Made by a program: the position numbers and the translations under genes. Under the pieces are notes generated by a model. It made no database searches, was not told where the DNA came from, and worked only from the letters and a program-made list of their open reading frames with translations. Positions 49,638 through 62,269 of a stretch of DNA of 64,000 nucleotides are shown here, one piece after another. The stretch covers positions 1,605,879-1,669,878 of the forward strand of contig MU057801.1 in assembly GCA_013265495.1 (NCBI GenBank), in the 5' to 3' direction. This DNA comes from Vicugna vicugna. Its lineage: Eukaryota. The stretch's first letter is position 1, and each line of letters starts with the position of its first letter.

Positions 49638-51239
49638 AGAAGGACCATTTCTGAAGGACCCAGAGCCTTTCTGGTATACTCTCTGTCCTCCTAGGACAAG
49701 CATAATTCTTTCCGGAAAACAGAAAAACTGCAAGGAACAATCTACAGCCTAGAGGAGTTTAACCGCCTTGGAAGCAACACAGCCTTCCTCCTGCTGACCA
49801 CAGCCACCACCACTTCCAACAGACCCATCACTGCTGAGGATCGGATCCTGCTTGGTGCTTCGAAGGTAAACAGTTTTAAAACATGGTTCCTGCCCTCAGG
49901 AGACCATTCATATTGGACTTAAGGCTGACATCCACATACAAAGACTCGTAATAATAAAAGGTGGCTCTTGGTAAGTCGTCATGGCCTCAGTAATGGAGCA
50001 TAAGGCTCAGACACAGCTTCCCGCACTTTTCCAGGTTTCAGAATCCCGCGGGCATTGACTGTGCCACCGTCTGAGTGAGACTAAAAAGACTTGAAGCGAG
50101 CTTTCTGCTTCAAGTCTCTTTAGCATTTTGCGTTTAGCTCCAGAACCTTCAAAGCAACAACCTGGTTTGGACCAAATCCGACGTGCTACTGGAGACTCTC
50201 AGGTTACCTGTAACATTACCTACGTTGTTGAGGCCAAGGTTTTGTAGAAAGTGTCCTGGAGCTAAGCTGAGTACAGGCTGCAGCGTGAACATCTTCGTAA
50301 CCTGTGGCCTGTGATGAGCGGCGGGCCAGCCTAATTCCACGGAATTTCAGAGAAGGGATCCCAGAAACAAGCAGCCACATGTTGCAGACAGCTCAGATGC
50401 CCGTGAGCGGTCCCTGCAGGCTCAGCCCTGAGTTGCGGAGCAGCTACAGGAGGGAGGGGGCTCCTCTGAATGCATCTCCATCAGGCTTTGCAAGACGCGT
50501 GGCAGCTGTTACCCCGGGGCTTCTCACACTTGCCCGTGCATGTGGTCGTCGGGGAACATGTAAGATGGACACAGCCTCAGTGCGTCCAGGTGGACCTGGG
50601 CTTCTGCGGGGGTCAACAGGCTCCCAGCCAGCCGATGCCTCATCCTCGGACCACACTGAGTGGCGCGAGTTTAGAACACAGTGGAAGGATGGTAGAAGGG
50701 GCAGACTGAGAGCAAGGGCGCATCTGCTCAGGAACCTGAAAATCGGCGATTAGATGCCAAGGCTCCTGGAGAAGGTGGCCGGGAGGTGGAACCAGCTGCC
50801 CCAGGACCAAGCGGGCCAGGCCCATCCCTGGCCTCTGTCCTTGAACCTGGCTCCGCTTGGGGACGCAGGACCTGCAGGACTCCCCCGCTGTGCAGGGTCA
50901 GGGCTCGGGCAGGCTGGCTGCTGTAGCAGAGAGCGTGATGCTCCGCCACCCCGACCTGGCCAGCTGACCCGGCTCTTCCCAGGAGGACGCGGTGGGCGGG
51001 GCGTAGGAGGGAAGCCCAGCTCTCCCGGGGGAGGGGCCTCCCATGTCTTCCCGTCCTCGAAGGATGAGTCCATCCGCCTGTGCACAGCTGAGAGATGATC
51101 AAGAACTGCCTGGAACTGAACCCCTCCACGGGGAAGAAGGCAGAACCGAGTTTCCTCGCTCCTTTCTCCAGGCCACTTCTCAGGACGCTGAGGGCCCCGC
51201 CCCTTCCAGGAAGCCGGAGGCCTTGACTGCTTGTCTGGC

Positions 51240-51710
51240 TCCCGCTTCCTCCCCCAAGTAGGAGAGGCCGCGCTTCTCGGCACCGAGGGCGCAGAACCAG
51301 CTGGGGAGCCCGTAGGGGAGGCAGGTCCTGGAGCGGGCCTGGGGGAGCCCGCAGCCCGCGTTCCCCGGCGCCCCCGGTGATGCCGGCGCGCCGCCGTCCG
51401 CNNNNNNNNNNNNNNNNNNNNNNNNNNNNNNNNNNNNNNGGGGCGAGGGAGCGGGCGCAGCGCCGCATCGGCAGGGCCCCGGGGGCGCGCGCGGGGCCCC
51501 GGCCGGGGCTGGGGGGCGGGCGGTAGCCGCAGGGGCGGCGCCGGTCGCGGCGGCGGGCTCCCCGGGGTGTGCCGATGCCGGTGTCACTGATGCGGGCTGG
51601 ACGGTGGGAAAGCATCCGAAAGAGGGAAGGAACGCCGTCGCTCCAGCCCCTCCGCGCCTGACGCCTCCGCCCTCAGCTCCCTCCTGCCTCTGGTTGGCGG
51701 GTTCCGAGCT
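51240..51710. promoter_or_regulatory. CpG island, probable promoter, interrupted by assembly gap
   Basis: Highest CpG/GC density in the window; N run at 51402-51439. Confidence 0.65.
51402..51439. other. Assembly gap (38 N)
   Basis: Directly visible. Confidence 1.
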
Positions 51711-53109
51711 CTTGGGCTGATTTCCAAATTCCCGAAGTTCAAGCGTGGAAAAAGCCAGCTAATCTGGAAAATCTCCGCGTGTGTATTTTTCTTGAAAACT
51801 CCGGGCCGATTTTAAACTTAGCACCCTCTAAACCGTGCTCACAGGCACAGGCACTCCGGTCCTGGACACACGTGGCTCTGCTTCCCGGCGAGCTCCCTCC
51901 CCTCCCCCTCCCCCACCCGGCATTGATACCAGATTCAGGATGGAATTTGTCAGGGCAAGTGGCGTGTTCCTCCTCCACCGTTAACTCAGTCAGTGCGTCG
52001 AGCGTGGGAAGACATTCTGCCCACGATGCTCTGGATGATTTGAGCTGACTTCTCGTTGAGTATTCCATATCAAAGGCCGGGATAATAGAATTACAGAATT
52101 CCAATTGGAATTGGATTTCCAATCTGGAAGGGACCCTGGAGATCATTTACTGCTTCCTCCTCACTTTACAAATGAGGAAACTCTTATTTTTCACTCTTAA
52201 GATCTTGAGCAAATACCCGGCTTTTGAGACACACTTGCCCGCCCGGCTGCCCCTCTGGAGGGAAGGCTGTGTGGGGGAGAAAGAAGCCAGGAACAGAGCC
52301 CACCGATTTACCATCCTCCGTCGTGGCTTTCGCTTCCTCGAAGCCTGTTCCATCCACCCTCTGGACAGCATGCAGTTTGCAGCCATCTGCAGACGCCTTG
52401 GCTTCTGACAATAGCTGGAAAAGAAGTGTGATGTTTTCCCTTCAAGGACGTTTTCTGCAGTTTACCAGCAACCGCATCCCTGGCATTTCCAACAGAGACT
52501 GTCCCGGCGTGGCTGCTTTTTCTGAGTCATGGGGCTGGATTTGGAGCTGCTGAAATTTTCTGTATCATTGGGTGATCGTATTTCATTTCAGACTTTTGAA
52601 CGTGACAGATTGTCCACCTGGATTTCATTTTGCCACATTTTATTGATGGCCTGACTCAGATCCTTCCAGTTTGTGCTAACTGACCTCGAAGGGGTAGCTT
52701 GTTGTTTAAATTTTATGACACAGAGACATAAATGGCCTGCAAATTATGCAACACAATGGTGAGGATGAGCAGTGAGTGAGGACTTTCATTAACACTGATT
52801 GCCTGCAGTCAGGGGATTAATAAGAACTGCTACGTGGTGCCCATTCCTGGGACAGAAACCCCCAATGAACTTTACCACGAGTGCACGTGTGTGCAGTGAG
52901 GGAGAACTGTGTTTCTGTGGCACGTCGGAGCCCGGGCAGTGATGTAACACTGCTCCTCGTGTGCCCTCTTGTCACTGTCCCAGCTCTACAAACAATGGCG
53001 CCTGCCCCCTCCCAGCCCCGATTTCCTGAGCGACCTACCGCAGCCTTGCACATCACCCCTGACACTGCAGACCTGACTGGCAGGGGATGGGAACTCCAGA
53101 GAGAAGACA

Positions 53110-53530
53110 AATAAAAACACACACGTAGCCCCTTCTGACTGTGAGAGACATCCCACAAACCCAAACTGAAGGACATTCCTGCAAAATCCCCGGCCGGCAC
53201 GCCCCTCTGCCAGGTCCTGAAAAACACGGAGAGTCTGAGAAATGGTCACAGTCTGGAGGAGGCGATGCAGACAGGACAAGTGATGCAATGTGGGGCCCTG
53301 GACAGGGTCCGGGACAGAAAGGGACAGGAGAGGAAAACCAGAAAACCTGAGTAGTGTGGACTTCAGTTCCTAACAATGTATTGCCACCCACCCATTCGTG
53401 GAGCTAAAGGTGCCATGGTAATGTTGGGGGTTGGTAGTAGGGGAAGCTGGGTTTGGGGTGTATGTGAGCTCTCCACACTGTCTTCTCCACTTTTCTATCA
53501 ATCTGGAACTAAAATAAAACCTGAATTAAA
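53110..53530 (+). mobile_element. Old L1 (L1MC/MD-like) 3' UTR
   Basis: ACAAACCCAAACTGAAGGACATTC...TGCAATGTGGGGCCCTGGA...GGGGAAGCTGGG...AATCTGGAACTAAAATAAAA. Confidence 0.75.
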
Positions 53531-53619
53531 AATAATACTGAGATACACTGTCCACCCAGCCATATATAAAAGCTGACGCCGTGCGGGTGTGTGGGTTGTG
53601 TCAGGACTTGACCCCCATC

Positions 53620-53795
53620 ATTCCCTGGAACCCTTAGAACAACCCTGGGAGGTCTTGATGATGTTCCCACTTCACAGCTGTGAAAACTGAGAAACCCAGG
53701 TTCAGAGAGAATTGCTCATCTGTGAACTGAAATCCCCTGGCTAGAAAGTGGCAGAGCTGTGATTTGGACTGTTGTGTTTGACTCCAGAGTACTCA
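53620..53795 (-). mobile_element. MIR SINE
   Basis: CCCACTTCACAGCTGTGAAAACTGAG...AGTGGCAGAGCTGTGATTTGGAC...TGACTCCAGAG. Confidence 0.7.
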
Positions 53796-54231
53796 GTGGT
53801 CTCCGTTCCCACTTGGCCCTCAGAATCCCGGCCTGAGAGGTGGGGCAGAGGCTGGGGGAGCGGGAAGGGGCTCTCGTGTCTGGTTTCCAGGCTGTCAGAG
53901 TTTCCTGGGGAGGGTCCTTCTGCCTCTATTTCCCCCTAGGGCTGGGGGCCAGGTCAGCTGTGGGTGTCACTCTACAGATATTAAAAAACAGCTCCCCTGC
54001 AGTGACTGCAGTGATGGTCCCGGTAGGCAGGAGCGGCGACCAGCAGTGACAGCATCACTGTGACTCACCAGGAGGGAAGTGCAGACGACTTCACGGGACC
54101 CCAGGGGGCCACGCTGCCTCCTCTCCCAGAATCTCCACCCCTAACTGTGCATTGGTGATGTAGCCGTGAGCTACAGTCTACATCGGAACCTCAGAAGACC
54201 CACTCTTGTTCCCGCCTGAAGGCAGCGTCAA

Positions 54232-54685
54232 CTACTCAGCCATATAAAGTAATAAAATAATGCTATTTGCGGCAACATGGGTGGACCTGGAGATCGTCAT
54301 TCTGAGTGAAGTCGGCCAGAAAGAGAAAAATGCCATATGATATCAGTCGTCTGTGGGATCTCAAAAAAAGACAAATTAACTTATTTACAAAACAGAAACA
54401 GACTCACAGACCTAGAAAACAAACTTATGGCTACTGGGGAGGGGTGGGAAGGGGTAAATTGGGAGCTTGGGATTTGCAGATGCTAACTGCTATAGAGAAG
54501 ACAGATAAACAACGAGGTCCTACTGTGCGGCACAGGGAACTATATTCAGTACCTTGTAGTGACCTATGACGGAAATGAAAAGGATATGAAAAGGAACACG
54601 TGTGTGGAGATGGATGACTGCGACACCCTGCTGCACACAAGACATTGACACAACATGGTAAACTGACTGGACTTCAGTGAAAAAC
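54232..54685 (+). mobile_element. L1 ORF2 end and 3' UTR
   Basis: CTACTCAGCCAT...GCAACATGGGTGGACCTGGAGATCGTCATTCTGAGTGAAG (ATWxDLExxILSE). Confidence 0.92.
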
Positions 54686-54726
54686 AGCCACTCAGCGCCG
54701 TTGGCTGCTGCGTAATTTACTGTCTA

Positions 54727-54947
54727 GATTAGGTGCCCACAAACGACAGCTGTGACCGAATGGCCCACAGCCCCACCTCTTGTCCGTGAGGTCGCATTGG
54801 GCGTGGCCACGATGTTTGTTCCTGTGCTGTCTCTGGTTGCTTTCTTGCCGCTATGGCACAGGTGGGTCCTTGTGACAGACACCGTATGGCCCACAAACCC
54901 TGAAATAATTATTTGACCCTTTACAGAAAAAGTTCGGGGACCTATGG
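54727..54947 (+). mobile_element. MER58A-like hAT-Charlie
   Basis: GTGACAGACACCGTATGGCCCACAAACCCTGAAATAATTATTTGACCCTTTACAGAAAAAGTT. Confidence 0.8.
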
Positions 54948-55002
54948 TGTAGAAGGCAGAAAGGTGTCCGGATTAATAATTAGTCACAGTAAAAGGCCAG
55001 AC

Positions 55003-55145
55003 CTGCTGCTCTCAAGTTTCAGGGTACCCAGGACCCTCCTGGGGTGCTTATCTAAAAACCCCAGCCCGAGGCCCACCCCTGGAGATTCTGACGCGGCCGG
55101 TCAGGTGGGGCCCAGAAACACGCATTTTTAGCAACACTTCGAGCA
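55003..55145. mobile_element. MER5A-like fragment
   Basis: GGCCCACCCCTGGAGATTCTGA...GGTGGGGCCCAGAAACACGCATTTTTAGCAA. Confidence 0.65.
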
Positions 55146-56860
55146 TGCGGTCCTGCTCGTCAAGAGTCTTGGCGTCTCCGGCAGCTGGACCGGGTCCCCC
55201 ACCGTCTCTAGGTGTGTCTAATTATGGCTGCATATTATATTTGGACCTAAGTTTAAGAAATAAAACTATCCCTCATCATCAAAACAAGGAATTAAACGTG
55301 AAAGCATTAAATCTGCTTACTCAAGGTGTGAATAGAGAGCAGAGGAGAACTGGGCAAGAAGCAGAAGAACAGAAATTTAGCCTGGTGAGTGATGGGCACC
55401 AGCATTTTGCTTCCGAGAGCATCACTGAGGTACAGCAGACGTGTAATCACCCGGACTTGGTTAAAGTGTAAGGGGTACGCTTTGTCATAGTACCATCACC
55501 ACAGTCAGATCATGAACAAATCTGTCACCACCCCCCAAAGTCACACGGAAGGAAGGACAGCCGAATCTGGGCTCTTCTCACATTTCCTTCCCCACTGATC
55601 TATAGTGCTTTCATACCGCGCAGTGGGAAGGCTCCCACGTGGCCCAGAGGGTCCTCGCGGGCGGGGCGGCGGGTTGAGTCTCCCCGAGACCAAGCCAGCC
55701 TTGCAGTTCCTCTTCCACTAGTCTCCTTGCTGGGAGGCTGGACGGTACTTAGGAGTCACGACAGATGAAGAGCAGGTTGAATTTTAAACACGCTTCCTCC
55801 TCTCAGCTCTGGGAGGGACCTCGCTAAAGAGACACGCAGAGCATGCCGGGAGGGACCTAAAAGATGTGCTTTCTAATAGATGTGTTTATGATGCTTCAGA
55901 TGCTCTGTTTGTTACAAGTGAAAAATGAATGTGTCCACTGGGTTTCTTTTCTTGGATCTGTCTTCTCTGCAGGATGATCTCATAAAACACTGTGTGCTTT
56001 ATGGAAATATAGATTGGAAATGTCGAGAGATGTAATTATTGGACCATTTTCCTTCAACTGCAACAATATGCAGTTAATCAAAAACTAGTTATACTTCCTG
56101 ACAAATTACTTTTTCTCTTAGTGCCTGCCTCTAAAAAGAAAAAAAAAAACTTTTTGTCCTGTTCTGCCTGATGAAAACAATGTATGAAGCCTATTGGGTC
56201 CTCTGGCAAAGCCGTTTCTCCAAGGTGGTGACATTGCGGTCCAGCTGCCAGCAACAGGCGTGGGAGGCTCACACAGTCAGGGAGCTTTTCTGATTTCACT
56301 GTAGCCTGAAATTAATTCGGGTGAAACATGTTTAAAGGCCAAGGACAGTGCAAGCAGCTCTGGCCACAGAGGAGCCAGGGCAGAGGACATTTTGGTTTTC
56401 TGTACAGTCATTGGGAGCAACCACGTGCCTTCCTGAGTCGTTTTGAGAAGCCAAGGTTCTTTTGCAGAGAAACGTCTTAGGATTCGGAGAAGGTCCTGAA
56501 TCATGTGAGAACAGAATATTCCTGGAATGGAGTATTCAGATGTCTAAGGGCCCTGCCTGGTCACACCCTCTCACTGCAGTATTTACCCCACGAGCACCTC
56601 ATTAGCTCCGCTCTTGGGCTCCAGGCACAGGGCTCCCTGACCATAGTCATAGCTCATGGGGTTTCTGCTGATGCCTGACAGTCCTCAGTTCGTGGCCTCA
56701 GGCACGGGCCAACGAGGGTGACATTTACCACCAGCATCTTCTGGACACAGTCCAAGAAGAGGCTAAAAGTCACCACCTGGTCTGGCAGGTAGACGTTGTC
56801 TCCAGAGGGCCTACCAGAGCCCCACTCACCCCCAGGAGTTCTCAGCGAGTCACAGAGTCA

Positions 56861-57180
56861 CGGTCTTAGTCTGTCTGGGCTGTTGTAACAAAATACCACA
56901 GACCGGGGGCTTACAAACCACAGAGATTCATTTCTCACACGTGGGGACTGGGAAGCCCATGATCCCGGCACCCGCATGGCCTGGCTCCGGGGAGGGGCCT
57001 GCTCCTGGTTCACAGCCAGCGCCTTCTCATCACATCCTCATGGAGTCCCTTTGATGAAGGCACCAATCCCACTCCCAGAAGCCCGACCCTCACAGCTTAA
57101 TCACCTCCCGAAGACCCCACCTCCAGTTACCATCACATCGGGCGTTGGGAATCCAACATGTGAAACACCAGACCAGAGCA
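56861..57180 (-). mobile_element. MaLR solo LTR (MLT1A-like)
   Basis: GTCTTAGTCTGTCTGGGCTGTTGTAACAAAATACCACAGACCGGG...TAATCACCTCCCGAAGACCCCACCTCC. Confidence 0.85.
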
Positions 57181-57378
57181 GTCAAGGAGATTCGTGAAGA
57201 GAAGGTGTAACAGGAGGGTCTGTGGGCGCATGAAACAAAGTGATGTCTTTATTTTGCCCCGTGTGCATCATTTCTGCACATTTATGGTGCTTAAGTCAGA
57301 GTGACGCCCATCAGATTCGTGCGTATTGCGTATTTCAACTACCTGACCTGTGAATCAGCATGTTTTTGCAAGAATTCT

Positions 57379-57558
57379 TTTTTTTTTTTGTAAATTGAAG
57401 TACAGTCAGTTACAATGTGTCAGTTTCTGGTGTACAGCACACTGTCCCTCTCATGCATATACATGCATATTCATTTTCATATTCCCTTTCCATTAAAGGT
57501 TTTTTACAAGATATAGACTATAGTTCCCTGCGCTATAGACAAGAAACTTGTTTTTTTA
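57379..57558 (-). mobile_element. 5'-truncated L1 tail with 19-bp TSD
   Basis: ATGTTT(T/C)TGCAAGAATTCT at 57360-57378 and 57559-57577. Confidence 0.93.
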
Positions 57559-57626
57559 ATGTTTCTGCAAGAATTCTGTGAGTGTGTATTGATTTTTTTT
57601 ATTGTGGTGTCACAAGATTATAAGTA

Positions 57627-58112
57627 CACTTGGGCCCTGGCTGACGATGGTTCGATTTACAATAGTGACTCCAAGAGAGTGTGAGAGAGCTATGCATTCG
57701 GTAGAAGTCGTATATTGGATTTTGAGTTGTGATCTCTTCCCAGGCCGGTGGTACGGGGTCCAGCCCTCGTGGGATGCTGGCTGGCGGCTATAGCTGCAGC
57801 TCGCAGGGAGCCCTGTGGTCACAGAGGAACACCACCAACACTCGTGCAACCACCCCGTATCCAGACACCCACCCGCTCTTCACCCCCACTGCTGTCGTCA
57901 ATACATTACACAAGATATCCACCCCGATTACAAAACAGGCTTTGTGTGAACTGGTTGTGCCCCACTGCGGGCCAGCGTCAGGATGAAGGCAGGCCAGGCC
58001 ACGCTCTGATGTTGGTAGGTCGGGTGTCTTACATACATTCTCAGCTGATGGAATTTTCAACTTATGATGGGTTTCTGGGGGTGAAACCCCATCATAGGTC
58101 AAGGAAAACCTG
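57627..58112 (-). mobile_element. TcMar-Tigger non-autonomous element (MER47/Tigger5-like)
   Basis: TA on both flanks; ends GACGATGGTTCGATTTAC and TTTTCAACTTATGATGGGTTT...AACCCCATCATAGGTCAAGGAAAACCTG. Confidence 0.8.
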
Positions 58113-59451
58113 TACTAATATTTTCTTTTTAAAAATAGTAGCAAAATACAGACTCTAGATCAGATTTTGGCAAATATATTTGTGCCAGTGAACTTCAAAG
58201 CTTAATAGATGAGTTGGACAATGTATTCATTCAGCTGAATAGTTCTCTCCAAAATGACACACAGAAATTCCACGGATGTTGGCGGGAACGCCCAGAGAAC
58301 CAGCAGCATGCGAAAGCCTTGCGCAAGGGAAGATGGCGACGCTGGAAGTGCTCTACAGCGGGCTTTGCGCCGAGGGACTGTTTCGTTACCTGGCATTAAG
58401 TAGTTTTGCTCCATAACCTCAGTACTGTTCCCTGTTACCAGATACTTACTGTGTTTCCACTTAAAGTAAACTTGACGCTAAAAGGAAATGGTAAGAAATT
58501 TGGTTCCTGTTAGTTTCCTTTTGTAAATAAGTATTTACCCAAAGCACAAAATTTCCCTTTGAGCTACGGAGGCTTCAAATAGGGGACATTCTCCAAGTGG
58601 CAGCATGTGTCTGCGGTCTGGTTGTTCACCGGAATGTCACTGAAAAACATGCACCATAACGATAAATAAGCAAATAAGTGTATGAATAAAAAAAGTCACA
58701 TGCAAATGAACACACGTGCGTGTGGCACATGTATACTTACCCTAGGTGTGGAGTGCCTCCCTTTTAAAAGATTCCACTTTTACTAAGACTGCCCACTTTT
58801 AGAACAACGAAAGCTGTAGGCATTTTCCGAGGTGTAACTTGATTGTCTGACAGTCATGATTTTCCCTGTGATCAATTGGATTTGGTTATGTATGTGAAAC
58901 AGATGACGAAGACAGCAGTTGACACTATTACTCACATGTGTATTAAACTCATTAAACTAACATAATCACTAACCATTGTCGAGTAACTTGGTCCGTGTTA
59001 AAATTTTTTCATTCCCTTTAACTCAGCAGGTAAATGCTAGAGAATCATCCCACAGACGTTTGTGAAGCTCCGACAGCAGTGCTGTTTGTCTCAACTCTGA
59101 TCGCAAAAGCAAAAACTGGAAACACAGACGAAACAGGGGACTAGTGAGGGACTGCGCTGTAAGGGTGACGTTCGTACTACCGTAGAAAGCGAGAAGCGGG
59201 TCGTGTGTGCGTCCTCTGTGCAACTCAGTTACTTTCAGTTCCTAGAATAGATACACTCACTGCCCATCTAGTTCCTAAATGTAAAGAGCTATGCGTGTTA
59301 TGTCTGGACCCATATATGTACGTACACACAGGTGTACACATGTAGGTATAAGATGTATGCACGTACATGTGTTTTGCACAAATATGTTTTATGCATGTGC
59401 GTTTTATACATATATAATTTAAAATGCCATGCATCATTGTTCCCTGAGAAA

Positions 59452-59614
59452 TAATAATTTATAATTATATATAATTATCTATTATATAATTATAATTATT
59501 ATATACGACTAATGTAATTATATCATTATATATTAATATATGATATAACTATATATTAATACAACGTAATTATATTACAATAATATGCTATTAATATAAT
59601 AAAGGGAATAAATA
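59452..59614. repeat. AT-rich low-complexity insert between 12-bp direct repeats
   Basis: TTCCCTGAGAAA at 59440-59451 and 59615-59626. Confidence 0.85.
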
Positions 59615-60529
59615 TTCCCTGAGAAAAAAATGCAAATGTTGCAAATGCCATGAAAATTCATGAATGCTTCTGGAAACACAAACTGGAAGACAGAGAAAAG
59701 GAAGAAAAACCGGTGTTCGCAGCACTGGGAAATAGCTTTGCTGTCAAGAAGCTGTCATCGTCACGATTTCTGAGAGGAAACGAACTTGCGCCGCTCTCTC
59801 CGTCCCCCCACCCCTCCCCGCTCTTTCCCTCCCGATGAAGACGGGGCATTGAAAGAATACACTGTATTAGCTGTATTCTGGTCAGATCTGTCCCCAGTGA
59901 AGTCGGTTCTCCAGCAGGTCCCTGAGCGTCGAGGGGGCCCCTCTGGCCTCTCCGGGAGAAGAGCCTGCCGTGCCTGGGCACCCTTGAGCCGGGCGTGGAG
60001 CAGGCGGTCTCCTCTGCCCAGCGACACCGTCACCGTACAGGCCGGCCTGGGGGGCGAAGGGCAGCCAGTGGCTCTCGGCTCACGCCTCCCAAGTGGAGCC
60101 CGTGTCACACAAGCACAGCTGGAGGGCAGCAGTGCTCAGGACCCCGCGCTTTTGGCCTCCAGAGGCTTGGGTAGGCTCTCCACCAGAGGAGTGGGAGACG
60201 AGTGGCAGAAGCGAACCCCAGGAGTCTTGGCCGTCCCCCCAGAACAGAGGGGGCGAGAAGCCCAGGTGCCCATGGGGGTGAAGCCGTGCCCTCTGGCTGG
60301 GAGCCGGGGGAGGGAAGCGGGGTCCCATCCTCTTGGTCACAGCCACGCGGAGGAGAGCTTCAGTAACATGGAACGGGGTGAGGAGGCAGTTTTGAGTCAG
60401 ACGCCACAGACACCCTTTGCTCCAGAGAGCAATACATTCTATCTAAAACCACAGCTGTGAGACTCAAGCATTGACTCGGCAAAGAAACATGCTTCTTCGA
60501 AACTAGATGTTTGTGACTGAGACTGTGAG

Positions 60530-60790
60530 CTCACGGTGACAGAAGGAGGGGCTGGAGACGTACAGATGCTAACTGCTGCACATAAAGCAGGTAAACAGCA
60601 AGTTTAAACTGCACAGCACAGGGAGCTGTATTCAATATCCCGGAGTGACCTGTAATGGAAAAGCATATGGCAAGGAACACACGCGTGTTCATGTGTGGCT
60701 GAGACACGAGGCTGTGCTCCAGAACTGACACAGCATTGGAAACTGACTCCACTTCAATAAAAAAACTTCTAATTGAGATTTTTTTAAAAA
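60530..60790 (+). mobile_element. L1 3' end
   Basis: CACAGCACAGGGAGCTGTATTCAATATC...AACTGACTCCACTTCAATAAAAAAA. Confidence 0.88.
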
Positions 60791-62269
60791 GTGGGAATTG
60801 GTGTGAAGTGTCTGACTAAAGTTGTATGAGACCACGAATTACTGCGATGAGAGGAGTGACTAGGGCTCCGTCAGACACGCCGCGCGGCCCCGTGCTCTGC
60901 GCCACTGCGCGAGTGTCGCTCTCTGAGGAACGCAGCCGTTCGAGCCTGCGCACGCTGGGCACGAGTTTCCCCTGTCCCACTGTGAACAGGGCTTTCCCTC
61001 TCCTTTCTGCCCGAGTCCTCCCTGATACTTTGGAGTTCTTGAGCTTTCCCCAAAGTGGGGGTGCCCTTTGTCCTTTGCCCTCTGGGAGGGTGGGGCAGGT
61101 CGTGCTGAGGAGCAGGCTCCACCGGTGCCTATAAACGCCTGGCTCTCTGGCTCTGTTACTGACGCTGAGGACAGAGGACTTCGGACGGAGCTCCAGGCCT
61201 TGCCCGCGTGCCCGCGGGCGAGCGGGCTCCAGCTGCTGTGCGGGGAAGTGTGTTTGCAGGGAGCTGCAAGGAAGCCCGCGGAGGCCGGGCCGTGCTGGGG
61301 AAGGGTCCTCGCCGGGGACCAGCTCTCCACGTCGGGGCGCCCTGCCGGCGCTGGCCCCTGGTCTTGGGGCAGCATGGCTGGTTAAAGATCTTGTTTTCCT
61401 TCGGGAAGCCAGATTTCAGGGTCCTTTCTGAGTGGCCTTTATCTCTCGTCCTGGGGTTGTTTCCACATGAAACAGGGCAGCAAGTCCTCTTTGCCTTTGC
61501 CTGCAGTTGACCTGGCGGCGACGTCTTCAGCGCATGTGGCGACACCGGCCGCCCCCTCTGCTGGCCCCGGACCACAAACTCCGATGTTTCTTCACTCGTC
61601 AGCGTCTGCACGAGGCCGAGGCCGGGAAATGAGCCTTACGGGCCCCAGGGGGTCACATGCTTCCCCATCCTCTAAATTTTCCCCTAACTCTGGCTTTAGT
61701 TCTCAACAAAGCTCAGCTGGTAGCCAAGAAAAATACTTTTAAGAACGCCCCTTCAAAACTGGAAGGGACGAGAACCATAAATTTGAAAATAATTACAGCG
61801 AAGCAGGAAGTCTGATCTTCTGCCCCTGTCTCCGCGTGTCACCTGAGCGGGGCCCCTGATGCCCTCCTCCACCCCCAGGAGCTCGTTCCTGGGCGCGGGG
61901 CACACTGTGTGTTTCAGAGGAGGGGGCTGTCCTGGCTCGGACCTGGGGCCTCTCACTGAACCCAAGAGGAAAATCTGTGCATGAGTCTTGTTCCCCCAAG
62001 GAGAGAAAACGAGAAGGCACTTCCTACCCATTAAAGTATCCAGGACGCTGCTGCGGGTCGCCGAGCCGGTCCAGGTGCGGAGCACGTGAAGGCCAAGGAA
62101 GGAAGCCCAGAAACCTCGCAGGCCGCCAGGAGAACGGGGTGGCCCTTCACCTCGGCATCTCCTGTTGGTCCCGGGAGCAGGCAACCCATGTGCTTGTCAG
62201 GGTGCAGGGCTGAGCTCGGGCCGGGAGCCTGGCCCCTCTGCTTCCTGTCCACACGAGGAACATTCTGGA

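Noticed and set aside
50728..51615. Longest ORF (295 aa) and the ATG at 51468 (MRRCARSLA)
   Set aside because: It reads through an N gap of uncertain true length in a CpG island; weak Kozak context; product unrecognised.
52097..52112. 16-bp palindrome AATTCCAATTGGAATT
   Set aside because: About one 8-bp-arm palindrome is expected by chance in 64 kb, and it lies at a MIR-like end.
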